Made by a program: the position numbers and the translations under genes. This document shows, in pieces, positions 38,669 through 47,884 of a stretch of 64,000 nucleotides of DNA. Position 1 is the stretch's first letter; the number at the start of each line of letters is the position of its first letter. This stretch comes from Planctomycetota bacterium (lineage in GTDB: Bacteria; Planctomycetota; UBA1135; GCA-002748355), in assembly GCA_027021385.1 (NCBI GenBank), contig JALUUL010000008.1, positions 87,469 to 151,468 of the forward strand. Direction: 5' to 3'. Under the pieces are notes generated by a model. It did no database searches, was not told the DNA's origin, and saw only the letters and a program-made list of their open reading frames with translations.

Positions 38669-40690
38669 ATGAAACGCAACCCCCTCTTGATCCTGATCCT
38701 CCTGGGCCTCTTCGCCGCCGGCATCCTCTTGATGATCCAGGGAGATCGGCTCGGGTCCCCGGGAGGGGAGGACTCTGGCGAAACCCGGACCCCGCCGCCG
38801 CTCCTCGAACAGGACGGCACGGGAACGGACACCGATCCCATCGAAAAGCGGGGAATCGAGATCCGCCGGAAAAAGGGACCCGAGACCGGCGGCCATGACG
38901 AGGCGCGGCGGGAAGAGGTCAAGGAGGAGGAATTCCCCCAAGGGGTCCAGGGAAGGGTTCTCGATGGATTCGGTCGGCCCGCGGCGGGCGTGAAAGTCTA
39001 TCTCCTGCGGGATGTCCCCCCGAGCCGGATGCTGCAGCACCTCGCCCTCCTGCAGGGACAGGGAAGAAGGCCCAGGGCCCGCATCGCCACCGAGGGAAAG
39101 ACCTCGAGGAACGGCTCGTTCCGGCTGCCTGCGGCTCCAACGGAAGGGGAGGCGGGATACGAATTGCATGTCGTCGCCCCCGGGCACAAGGTCTTCCGGC
39201 AGAAGCTGCGGGTGCAGGCGAAGCACTGGACGGACCTGCGGACGATCCGCCTCGAGCAGGGAAAGGTCCTCCGGGGGATCGTTCGGGACAAGATCACGAA
39301 GGCCGGAATCCGCGGAGCTTTCGTGAAGGTCACGATCCCGACCGTAAACCTCCTCGTTCCGACCCCGGGCTACGAGGAAGGCATCGAGGTCGAGACGGAC
39401 GAGCGCGGAGCCTTCGAGATCCGAGGGCTTCCCGACGGCCCCTTCGAACTCCGCGGGTACGCCAAGGATTACGGGACGGCGGTCCTCCCCGATCTGGCCT
39501 TCGCCCCCGGGGAGAAACTGATGCGACAGGACCTCGATCTCCCCAAGGGCTTCCAGATCTCGGGATGGGTCGTGGACGCGCAGGGCAAACCCATCCCCGG
39601 AGCCCAAGTCGAGGCTCAACCCTTCTCGCAGAACCGACCGACACCGGGCTCGGCTACTTCGGACTCCTCGGGGGCCTTCTCGGTGCTCGGACTGGACGAG
39701 GGCCAATACACGGTCCGCGCCTCCGCGGCCGGTTTCGCGACGACCGAGGTCAAGCCCGTGAAGGCGGGCAACCGGGAAGTCCAGGTCGTCCTGGAACGCC
39801 AAGGCAGCATCATCGCCCGCGTGACGAACGCCCAGGGCCGCCCTCTGCGGAACTACCGGGTCGAGGTCCGCACCTGGTTCGAGGGCCAGGACGACTACGG
39901 AAGGTCCACGATCCCCCCCGTGGAGGTCCGCGGTGCCCGGAACGGAGAATATCGGATCTCGGGAATCGAGGCCGGCAACTACGTCCTCATGGTCGAGGCC
40001 GTCGGTTATGCCCGTAGTTTCAGCCCCAAGTTCACGATCCAGAACGAACAGGAACAGGACACGATCGTCAGAGTGCGGATGACGAAAGGGGGGACGATCA
40101 CCGGCATGGTCGTCGACTCCAGCGGGAAGCCCGTAAAGGGGGCCGCCGTGCAGACTCTTTCCGAAAACTACCAGGACAATCCCCTGGTCCAGATGCTCTC
40201 CGGCCTTATCACCTACAACATCACGCGGAAGACCGCCGTCACCGATTCGAAGGGGCGCTTCCGCCTCGATCTCCTCGCCCCGGGGCGTTACCAGGTCCGG
40301 ATCGATCATCCCGAGTATTCCCGGCTCTACCAGAAAGGGATCGAGGTCGTGAACGACCGGGTCTTCGACACCGGAATCCTACGACTCACGAAGGGGGCCC
40401 TCCTCGAGGGCGTCGTCTACTTCCGGGGCGCTCCGGTTCCCGGGGCCGAGGTCAACATCAGCGCCCAGTTCGGCGAGGGGCAGGCCGTCTTTGAAAAGGT
40501 TTTCGCCGACGCCAAGGGCAAGTTCAAGCTGGCCCGGAGACTCCGGCCCGGATCCTACGAGATCCAAGCGAGTCGAACGGACATGTCGAACCCGCTGCTC
40601 AAGATGGCGGACATGCAGCGGAGCCTCCAGCGGATCACTCTCTACGAGGGCCGCACCACGCGGATCACGTTGACGATCAAGGAAAACTGA
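38669..40690 (+). CDS. Signal-anchored CarboxypepD_reg-like repeat protein (673 aa, at least 6 repeats)
   Basis: TM LLILILLGLFAAGILLMI. Repeats VQGRVLDGFGRPAAGVKVYL, LRGIVRDKITKAGIRGAFVKV, ISGWVVDAQGKPIPGAQVEA, IIARVTNAQGRPLRNYRVEV, ITGMVVDSSGKPVKGAAVQT, LEGVVYFRGAPVPGAEVNI. Confidence 0.75.
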   Translation: MKRNPLLILILLGLFAAGILLMIQGDRLGSPGGEDSGETRTPPPLLEQDGTGTDTDPIEKRGIEIRRKKGPETGGHDEARREEVKEEEFPQGVQGRVLDGFGRPAAGVKVYLLRDVPPSRMLQHLALLQGQGRRPRARIATEGKTSRNGSFRLPAAPTEGEAGYELHVVAPGHKVFRQKLRVQAKHWTDLRTIRLEQGKVLRGIVRDKITKAGIRGAFVKVTIPTVNLLVPTPGYEEGIEVETDERGAFEIRGLPDGPFELRGYAKDYGTAVLPDLAFAPGEKLMRQDLDLPKGFQISGWVVDAQGKPIPGAQVEAQPFSQNRPTPGSATSDSSGAFSVLGLDEGQYTVRASAAGFATTEVKPVKAGNREVQVVLERQGSIIARVTNAQGRPLRNYRVEVRTWFEGQDDYGRSTIPPVEVRGARNGEYRISGIEAGNYVLMVEAVGYARSFSPKFTIQNEQEQDTIVRVRMTKGGTITGMVVDSSGKPVKGAAVQTLSENYQDNPLVQMLSGLITYNITRKTAVTDSKGRFRLDLLAPGRYQVRIDHPEYSRLYQKGIEVVNDRVFDTGILRLTKGALLEGVVYFRGAPVPGAEVNISAQFGEGQAVFEKVFADAKGKFKLARRLRPGSYEIQASRTDMSNPLLKMADMQRSLQRITLYEGRTTRITLTIKEN

Positions 40691-40709
40691 GCAAGCGGCC
40701 CGCCGGCCG

Positions 40710-42581
40710 TCAACAGGGACAATGCACCGGGGAGTGGTCGGCTTGCACGGGCTCCTTCGGAAGTTGGATGAAAAAGGTCGTTCCCTTGCCGACCTCGCTC
40801 TCGACGGAGACCTCCCCTCCATGGGCCAAGACCAGTTCCCGGACGATGTAGAGGCCGAGCCCCGTCCCGGTGACCCCTGAGGTATTGCTCCCCCTGGAGA
40901 ATTTGCCCCAGATCTCGGACAGGGAGGCCTCGGGGATTCCGATGCCGTTGTCTTCCACGAGGAAGACCCAATCGTTCTCCCGCTCCTCGGCCCGGACCTT
41001 GATGTACCGGGGCTGCTTTTGAGGATCCCGGTACCGGATCGAATTGCCCAGGAGATTCATGAAGACCTTCGTCAAGGCCTTCGGATCTCCGACGATCTTG
41101 GGAAGGGGCTCGATGTAGGCGCGCACTTCCTGTTCGCCCAGAAGGTAGCGGAGCCGCTTCACGATCGTGCCGAACAGGAGGGTCATGTCGGTCTCCTCGA
41201 ACTCGAGTTTGACCCCGTCATAATCGAGTCTCGAGGATTCGACGATGTCTTCGATCAACTCCTCCATATAGTCCACGGAGTCCGAGGCGTTCTGGATCGC
41301 ATCCTTCTGAGTCTCGGTCAACTCCCCAAGTTGTCCTCCAAGCATCAACCGCACGACGGTCTTGAAGACGGTCAGGGGTTTCTTCAGGTCGTGGCTGATC
41401 AACTGGTTGACCTCGACCAGTTCGCGGTTCTTCCTTTCCAGGAGGGATTTGTATTCTGCGAGTTCCGCATAGAGACCGGCCATCTCCATGTTTGAGGTGA
41501 TGGCCTGGCCGAGCAGTCCGACTGCTTCCTCCTCCCCGAGACCTTCCTGCTCCTTCGGAACCTCCCCGGACTCCTCGGAGAACCTGGTGGAACCCTCGAC
41601 GGCCTCCTCAGTCCGGGAGGACCTCTCTGGCGCGGCCTCCCGCCCCTCGGCGCCGGCGGTTTCCTGAGAGGAACCCTCCAGGCGGATCTCCTCGAGCCCT
41701 TCTTCGAGAAGGTCCGGGGTCTCCTCGGTCCGTTCGGATTCCAGCAACCCCTCGTCCACCAGGAGGCGGCCCCCCTTCCCGCTCGCAAGGTCGGAGCCCG
41801 AGGCCTCGGGGTCGTCCCCCTTCACCCCCAAGTCCTCCGCCGCCTCCTCCGACACTATGACGTCCACTAAGCCCTGCTCTCGCACCGCGCCGGAGTCGTG
41901 GGAACATGCCCCACCGCTCTTCCGCGCCGCTTCCAGAATCCGCTCCGCCGCCTCCTCCGCGACCTTGACCGGGTCCGTTCCCTCTCCTGCGAGACCGTAT
42001 TGGCAGACTTTCTCCTCGACCATCAAGGCCGCGGCCCTCGCGAAGGCCTCCAGGACCCCTTCCCCGCTGGTCGCGACGGTCTCGTACTCCGGGACCTCCC
42101 GGAACCGGAGGCGTTTCGACAGCTCCTCCAGGGGCAAGGCGTCCTCGAGGTCGCGTTTGTTGTACTGCAACACCAGCGGGATCCGCTGCCAATCGAGCCC
42201 GTTCGCCCGTAAATTCCGTTTCAGATCCCGGATCGCCTGAAGGTTTTCCTCCAGGCGATCCGCTTTACTGTCCGCCACGAGGACCACTGCGTCGGCTCCC
42301 GAGAGCACGTACTTGCGCATGACGACGTACTTCGCCTGGCCGGGAACCGTGAAACCCTGGATCCGGATCTTGAACTCTCCGATCGAACCCAGGTCGATCG
42401 GAAGGAAATCGAAGAGAAGGGTCGCATCCTGCTCGGTATTGATCGAAACGAGTTTAGCTTCGTTCTTCGGACAGAGGATCTCATGGACGGCCTTGAGGCT
42501 CGTCGTCTTGCCGCCCAGCCCAACCCCGTAATACACGAGCTTGGCGTTGATCGTCTTTTCCTGAAGGTTGATAAAGCCCAT
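40710..42581 (-). CDS. MglA-like small GTPase fused to a cytoplasmic histidine kinase (623 aa)
   Basis: Residues 1-190: P-loop YGVGLGGKTT, TVPGQ (switch II), NKRD, PEYETVATSGEG. Residues 200-355: acidic linker, followed by a coiled coil. H-box ISHDLKKPL (His codon 41391-41393), N-box FMNLLGNSIRY, G1 VEDNGIGI, G2 GTGLGLYIV. No TM segment. Confidence 0.85.
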   Translation of the reverse strand: MGFINLQEKTINAKLVYYGVGLGGKTTSLKAVHEILCPKNEAKLVSINTEQDATLLFDFLPIDLGSIGEFKIRIQGFTVPGQAKYVVMRKYVLSGADAVVLVADSKADRLEENLQAIRDLKRNLRANGLDWQRIPLVLQYNKRDLEDALPLEELSKRLRFREVPEYETVATSGEGVLEAFARAAALMVEEKVCQYGLAGEGTDPVKVAEEAAERILEAARKSGGACSHDSGAVREQGLVDVIVSEEAAEDLGVKGDDPEASGSDLASGKGGRLLVDEGLLESERTEETPDLLEEGLEEIRLEGSSQETAGAEGREAAPERSSRTEEAVEGSTRFSEESGEVPKEQEGLGEEEAVGLLGQAITSNMEMAGLYAELAEYKSLLERKNRELVEVNQLISHDLKKPLTVFKTVVRLMLGGQLGELTETQKDAIQNASDSVDYMEELIEDIVESSRLDYDGVKLEFEETDMTLLFGTIVKRLRYLLGEQEVRAYIEPLPKIVGDPKALTKVFMNLLGNSIRYRDPQKQPRYIKVRAEERENDWVFLVEDNGIGIPEASLSEIWGKFSRGSNTSGVTGTGLGLYIVRELVLAHGGEVSVESEVGKGTTFFIQLPKEPVQADHSPVHCPC

Positions 42582-42610
42582 CGTAGGTGCGTCCCCTCGA
42601 TCGAGGGCGG

Positions 42611-42642
42611 CCCGAATGCGGGCCGGGCCCGCCGGATTCGGG
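42611..42642 (-). other. Strong intercistronic stem-loop between the HEAT gene and the GTPase-kinase gene
   Basis: CCCGAAT/ATTCGGG outer stem (42611-17 / 42636-42). GCGGGC/GCCCGC inner stem with 3-nt loop and 3-nt bulge. Adjacent palindrome CCCTCGATCGAGGG (42594-42607) covers the purine-rich GAGGGGA upstream of the ATG at 42581. Confidence 0.4.
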
Positions 42643-42743
42643 TTTCACTCTCCCTTTCGGTCGCCCCCCGGAAGGAAGTTGAGGGCTGCGTCGCCGCTGC
42701 GGAAAGCGCGGCGCCAGCGGCGGGAGGAGCAGGGGAGGAAAAG

Positions 42744-44441
42744 TCAGAAGAGCGTCCAGAGAAAGTCGTTCGCGATCCCTGGAAACCCCTTCGGGTCCTT
42801 TCCGATCCCTTCGGCGATCTCCTTGAGACGCTTCCAGTCTTCGAGGTCCAGATCTCCCTTCAGATACCCGAGAACCTGGTTTCGATCGCGCACGGGGGCC
42901 GTCGGATCGTAGAGAACGCGCTTGAGGAGCCTCACCGCGCGGGCGTGGAGCCCGCCGTCCTCCTTCCCCTCGAGTCGGGAAAGGTTCGCGATGCAGCCTA
43001 GGAGATGGCTCCGGCGGACCGGATCGCCCCGGAGTTCCCGATAGGCCTTCCAGACGGGTTCGAGGGCCGAGGGGATGTTCGACAGCATCAGCGCGGCATA
43101 TCCGACGGATTCTATTTTCTTGGATTCGGAGAGAACCCTCGACGGAGCCCTGAGTTCTTCCAGGAGAACCGGCACTCCTTCGGGAAGCCGCATGTGGCCG
43201 AGGGCCTGAAGCAGGAGCCGCCGCTCGGCTCCATCCGCATCCCGCAGGCGCCGGCGAAGGACCGGGATCGCCGCCGCGAGTCCGGCATCGACGCAGAGGT
43301 CAAGCCTTTGCCGGAATCGGGACCCGGACAACCCCCCCAGGTCCTCCGTAAGACGACGAAGGGACGAGGAAGGACGCCCCCTTAGGGCCCTGGCCGCAGC
43401 ACGCTGGACCGTGGCATCCTCGTCGTTCAGGAGGACTTCGAGAATTCTCGTCGAGGCCTTGTCGCGGATCCCACCAAAGAAAGCCGCCACGTTCTGTCGG
43501 ACGAGGGGTGATTCCGACGCGGCGTGGTCCGCGACTTCCCGGCGGGAAGACGCAGCCGCCCGCACCCCGAGGGCGGCGATCAGGGAGGCGGTTCCAAGGG
43601 GGTCCCCGGACTTCGCCAGGGCGCGCAGGAGCCATGCCCGCCCCTCCTCGGACCCCGCCTCATGGAGGAGACGGGCGGCCAGGAGTCCGTCCTTTCCCCG
43701 GAAACGGCCGAGATTCCCCTCGAGGACCCCTCTCACGATTTGCGGGTCGGCCCCCTCTTCGAAGGTGGCGAGGATCCGGACCCGGAGTTCCGGGGCCTCA
43801 CGGAGACCTCGTTCCCCGGCGAGTACCGAGCGTAGGAACGGGACAGCCACGGAGGGCTTCCCGGCCTTGATCAGGATGCGGAGGATCCGGATCCGGGACC
43901 CGGGGGTGACCCTGTCGAAACGATCGCAAAGGGCCGCGACCGTTTCTGGCTTTGCGCAGCGCTCGAGGGCCTTCAGGGCGGCGGCCTGGACCCGGCCCTT
44001 GGGATGGCCGATGGCCTTCCGGATCCAAGGGTCGTATCTCTCGTCCCCGCTGCCCTCCATGACCTCCAAGCCGTTCAAGAGGGGTGCGGTATCCAGGGAT
44101 CCGAGAAGCCAGGTGTCCAGGTAGGCCCCGACCCTCTCGATGACGTCGGGATCGTGCAGGCGGGACAGGAAACCCTTCGCGAACCTCCAGGCCCGGGCGG
44201 TCGTTCCTCCCGGCAGCCGCTCGATCAGGCGACCCAGGGCCTCTCCTCTCGAGAAGCGATAGAGGGCCCTGGAGGCGGCCCAGGGTTCATCGAGAGGAAG
44301 TGGATCGAAGAAACGCGCCTGCCGGGGGGCTGTCCCCGAGGTAGGCCCTCCCTCCTCTCCGCCGCCGGGGGCCTCCTCACCTCCCCCGCAGGAGACCGAG
44401 AGGAAAGCGAAAAGGAGAATCGTGATGGAGACACGCACCAT
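42744..44441 (-). CDS. HEAT-repeat (PBS-lyase-type) putative lipoprotein
   Basis: ATG 44441 preceded by GGAAGGA gives MVRVSITILLFAFLSVSCGG. HEAT-like units DPWIRKAIGHPKGRVQAAALKALER, SESPLVRQNVAAFFGGI, DEDATVQRAAARALRG. Confidence 0.7.
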   Translation of the reverse strand: MVRVSITILLFAFLSVSCGGGEEAPGGGEEGGPTSGTAPRQARFFDPLPLDEPWAASRALYRFSRGEALGRLIERLPGGTTARAWRFAKGFLSRLHDPDVIERVGAYLDTWLLGSLDTAPLLNGLEVMEGSGDERYDPWIRKAIGHPKGRVQAAALKALERCAKPETVAALCDRFDRVTPGSRIRILRILIKAGKPSVAVPFLRSVLAGERGLREAPELRVRILATFEEGADPQIVRGVLEGNLGRFRGKDGLLAARLLHEAGSEEGRAWLLRALAKSGDPLGTASLIAALGVRAAASSRREVADHAASESPLVRQNVAAFFGGIRDKASTRILEVLLNDEDATVQRAAARALRGRPSSSLRRLTEDLGGLSGSRFRQRLDLCVDAGLAAAIPVLRRRLRDADGAERRLLLQALGHMRLPEGVPVLLEELRAPSRVLSESKKIESVGYAALMLSNIPSALEPVWKAYRELRGDPVRRSHLLGCIANLSRLEGKEDGGLHARAVRLLKRVLYDPTAPVRDRNQVLGYLKGDLDLEDWKRLKEIAEGIGKDPKGFPGIANDFLWTLF

Positions 44442-44472
44442 GTTCCTTCCATAGGCCGGAATCCGGCGGGGG

Positions 44473-46191
44473 TCACCTCCGGGAACGGGCATCCTGTCCC
44501 CCTTCCACCGCCCCCTTCTTCCGGGCAGCCTCCAGCGGACGCAGGGCGTCGGAGCGGTCGATCCGGCCCAAAGCCGCCTGGAGCACGAACCACGCCTTCC
44601 GGTATTCGAGCCGCGAGCGGAGGAGCCTCGACTTCGCGTCCGAGAGTTCCTGGTTGCGCCGCTGGACTTCGAACAGGGTCGTGCTGTCGAGCTTGAGCTT
44701 GATCCTCTCGGTTTCGAGGTTGCTCTCCGCGAGCCGTACGGAGACCCGCGCCGCCTGGATCGATTTCCACTGGACGCGGATCGCCCGGAGCGCCGCCCGG
44801 ATCTCCTTGACGATCTCGATCCTCAGGATCTGGAGATTCCGGCGCGCCTGTTCCAACCGGATCCTCGCCTGCCTCCAGGCGCTTTCGGCGGCCACGTTCC
44901 CGATCGGGACCTCCATGCTCAGTTTCAGGCTGTAATCGGGGAACTTCCTCTCGAAGATGTCCCGTTGCAGATCCGCGGTGTCGTCCGTCACCGCGTCGAC
45001 CGAATAGGATCCACTGAGGTCCAGAGAGGGGAGCAGCCCGGACCTGGCCTCCTCCACCTCGATCCGCGCCTTCTCGACACGGATCCTCGCGGCCCGGAGA
45101 TCCGGTCGTTCGGCGAAGGCCGTGCGCCTGGCCTCTTCCGGACTCGGAGGATGGAAAACCGGATCCTTGGTGCCGAGATTCTCGCTCGGACGGATCACGG
45201 GGGTCCAGTCTCCCATCTCCTCGAAGGGAAAGAGCAGGCGCTTCAACACATCCTCAGCGTCCAGAATCGCGTTCTCCGCCTGGATCAGCTCCTCCTCGCG
45301 GCGTGCGACCTCGGTCCGGTCCGCAATCCGATCCCTCGGAGCCAGTTCCCCGAGGAGGATCCGCTTCTCGGTGTTCCGGAACTGCTCCCGCGCGACCTCC
45401 AGGGTCTCGAACTTGACCCTCCACTCCTCACGGGTGAAGACCAGATCGTAGTATGCCTGGACAATCGAGGAGAGCAGGGTCTGGCGCTGCCGCTCCCAAT
45501 CCTTCCGGTTCGCTCTCTGGTCGAGGCGCGCCTTCCGGATCCCGGCCTTCTGGAATCCGACCCAGGCTCCTCTCAGGAGGGGTTGGGTGAAGGTCAGTGA
45601 CAATTCTCCGGTGAACTGCGTGCTCGGGAAGGAAAAAATCGAGTTGACCTGCTGGTCGGTGAAGGTCGGGCGGAAGGCCAGCTCCCAGGTACCTCCGCTC
45701 AGGATCTTCTGGCGGAAACCGAGGTTGAGGCCGTATGTCCGTTGGATCGAACTCGGAACGAAGGAGTTCCGGCTCGGAACCTTCCGGCGCGCCCAGTCCG
45801 CTTCGGAGAAGAAGAGGGGATCGAAGGCGCCTCGCTCCTTTCGCTCCGCTTCACGCGCCAGGACCTCGTCCAGGTACTTGAGGCGGAGATCGACGTTTCC
45901 CTCGAGGCCCAGCCGGAGACATTGTTCGAGCCCTAATTCGAGGCTCGGTCCCGCTCTCCGGTCGGTCGGCGGAACGGGGGCCCTCGCTCCTTGCGGATTG
46001 CGCGGCCCTTGCCCCCGCCGGTCCCGGGACGCGGGGGGCATCCTCCTCCTTCCGGACGGGGAGGGGCGTTCCGGCCCTCCGGGAGTCCGGGAAGCGGGCG
46101 CAGTCCTACCCCCCTGCGGGGGTTCCGGATCGACCGCGCGCCCGGCCTGGGGAAGCCAGAGAACGAAGCCGAGGATGAACGGGATCGACAC
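44473..46191 (-). CDS. TolC-family outer membrane factor
   Basis: GTG 46191 preceded by GGAGGA (9-nt spacer) gives signal-like VSIPFILGFVLWLPQAGRAV. Two-repeat OEP-type helical/beta pattern (LELGLEQCLRLGLEGNVDLR..., ERPDLRAARIRVEKARIEVEEARSGLLPSLDLSGSY...). Sequence upstream of the tracked ORF is R/P junk. Confidence 0.8.
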   Translation of the reverse strand: MSIPFILGFVLWLPQAGRAVDPEPPQGGRTAPASRTPGGPERPSPSGRRRMPPASRDRRGQGPRNPQGARAPVPPTDRRAGPSLELGLEQCLRLGLEGNVDLRLKYLDEVLAREAERKERGAFDPLFFSEADWARRKVPSRNSFVPSSIQRTYGLNLGFRQKILSGGTWELAFRPTFTDQQVNSIFSFPSTQFTGELSLTFTQPLLRGAWVGFQKAGIRKARLDQRANRKDWERQRQTLLSSIVQAYYDLVFTREEWRVKFETLEVAREQFRNTEKRILLGELAPRDRIADRTEVARREEELIQAENAILDAEDVLKRLLFPFEEMGDWTPVIRPSENLGTKDPVFHPPSPEEARRTAFAERPDLRAARIRVEKARIEVEEARSGLLPSLDLSGSYSVDAVTDDTADLQRDIFERKFPDYSLKLSMEVPIGNVAAESAWRQARIRLEQARRNLQILRIEIVKEIRAALRAIRVQWKSIQAARVSVRLAESNLETERIKLKLDSTTLFEVQRRNQELSDAKSRLLRSRLEYRKAWFVLQAALGRIDRSDALRPLEAARKKGAVEGGQDARSRR

Positions 46192-46401
46192 GGTCGGAAA
46201 TCCTCCTGGGTGTTCGAGGCGGGCGAGGATAGGTTCCGATGACGGGGAGGCGGAAGGATATTTCAGGAAGGCGGGGATCCGTCGTCTCCTCCGACACGCC
46301 CTCCTCGCGGAGGAGAAGCACCGCGACCTCCAGACCTCCCGCTCGCCATATATCCTTTCCCCAGGCCCGCCCATGTGCTCCGGGCCGGGGCGGGCCGGAT
46401 C

Positions 46402-47880
46402 TCAATCCGAACGATCGAGCATGGGGGCGAGATAGACCATCTGCGCGAGCAGCAGGGAGGCCGCGCCGTGCAGGTCCGAGGGTTTCGCGCTCGCGACATG
46501 GCGGCGGAGCGCCCTTTCGAAGCGGGCCCAGCCCTTTCCCTCGACATGAGAGGCCCAGGCCAGGAACTGGATCGCCCGGGGTTCAGCCTCCAGCCAGGAA
46601 GGATCCCGCCGTTCGAGTTCGAGCCGATGGAAGAGTTCCGGACGGTCGACGAGGTCCCCGTATCCGAAGAGGAGGGCGGCGCAGGCGACGGCCCCCCCGC
46701 TACCCCCCCGGGAAGTTCGAGCCCGGAGATGCTCGAGAAGGGCCTTCCGGAGTCGGGCCGCGGAGACCGGATCCGCCCCGAGCGCGGGCGCCAGCCGGAG
46801 AAGCAGCCCTGCGTCCGCGAGACAGGTCGAGGAGATCGCCCAACTCGCCAGGGAGGGAGGAACCGAGTCCTTCTTTCCGACCCTCAAGGTGTAGAGGTCC
46901 GTTTCCATCCTTCGCCGCCGCTCGAGGAGAAAGCGAGCCTCCTCGGCGGCCTGCAGGTTCGCGGCCTCCTCGCGGACGAAGCGTACGACCTCGCGGCGAA
47001 GAAAGGCGAGTCGATACCCTCCCGAGACGAGGGCCCCCTCGAGGAAGCCGGCGAGGGCGTGCACCCGGTCCTCCCCGGCGAGTTTCGGAAGGCGGTCCTG
47101 GAGGCGGTCGAGTACGGACCGGACGAGCCGGTGAGCCGGTCCCCTCCGGGGAGTCGATCCGGTCAGGATCAAGGCCCGGAGCCCCAAGGCCAGGTCGGCC
47201 AACGAAGGGTTCCCCTCGAGGCCCTCCCGAACCTTCCGGGAGAGGTCCGCGATCCGCCTTCGTGTCCGTCCGTCGACGACCCCTGTCCTCGCGAGTCTCT
47301 GGCGGAGATCGCCCTTCCCCGAGGGATCGAGGAGACGGCGCAGCCGTTGGAGGTCGTTCTGCGCCCCGAGCCAGGCGAGCCGGGCGGGGTCCGGCCGCAT
47401 CCGCGGGGAGGAGCGGGGAAGCGTCCTCTCCGGAGTCGGCTTCGGAAGGAAGACGACCGTCTCCCGCGACGGTTTCGAAGGGGTCCCGCCGGCGGCCCCG
47501 AAGGCCGCGATCCCGATCCGCAGGAGCAGCAGGAGCAGCAGGAGGTAGACCAGGGATCGGACCCCCCTCGAGGCCTGGAAGGCGGCCTTCGCCCGGCCGG
47601 CGAAGAGGAGGAGGACCTCGAGGAGATCGGCCGGACTCTTCAGGGGATCCGTCCAGGACCTGCGCCGGAGGATGCGCCCCTTGACCGCGGAGAAGACCTT
47701 CCCCGTCGGCTCCGGAACGGGGATCCGCCTGAGGGGATCGAGCAGATCGGCGATCTCCCGCGCGAGACAGGGGTCCTCGGCCTCGAGGGTCCGGCCGGGC
47801 GGGGAAGGCGCAGCGGGAAACCCGCCGCCGGGGGGGGCGGCTCCGGGCTCGCTTCGGTCTCGGGGGCGCTCGCCGTTCAT
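46402..47880 (-). CDS. Single-pass membrane protein in anti-sigma position (492 aa), helical extracytoplasmic domain
   Basis: ATG lies 4 nt after the ECF sigma stop. About 100-aa cytoplasmic N-terminus. TM SLVYLLLLLLLLRIGIAAFGAAG. Large helical C-terminal domain. No canonical zinc anti-sigma HxxxCxxC motif seen. Confidence 0.55.
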   Translation of the reverse strand: MNGERPRDRSEPGAAPPGGGFPAAPSPPGRTLEAEDPCLAREIADLLDPLRRIPVPEPTGKVFSAVKGRILRRRSWTDPLKSPADLLEVLLLFAGRAKAAFQASRGVRSLVYLLLLLLLLRIGIAAFGAAGGTPSKPSRETVVFLPKPTPERTLPRSSPRMRPDPARLAWLGAQNDLQRLRRLLDPSGKGDLRQRLARTGVVDGRTRRRIADLSRKVREGLEGNPSLADLALGLRALILTGSTPRRGPAHRLVRSVLDRLQDRLPKLAGEDRVHALAGFLEGALVSGGYRLAFLRREVVRFVREEAANLQAAEEARFLLERRRRMETDLYTLRVGKKDSVPPSLASWAISSTCLADAGLLLRLAPALGADPVSAARLRKALLEHLRARTSRGGSGGAVACAALLFGYGDLVDRPELFHRLELERRDPSWLEAEPRAIQFLAWASHVEGKGWARFERALRRHVASAKPSDLHGAASLLLAQMVYLAPMLDRSD

Positions 47881-47884
47881 GGCA

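Noticed and set aside
36913-38922. 669-aa minus-strand ORF antisense to the first CarboxypepD_reg gene
   Set aside because: It is G/P/R/E-rich with no structure-like periodicity. The plus frame has a TM anchor, a Shine-Dalgarno sequence and repeated beta-sandwich motifs.
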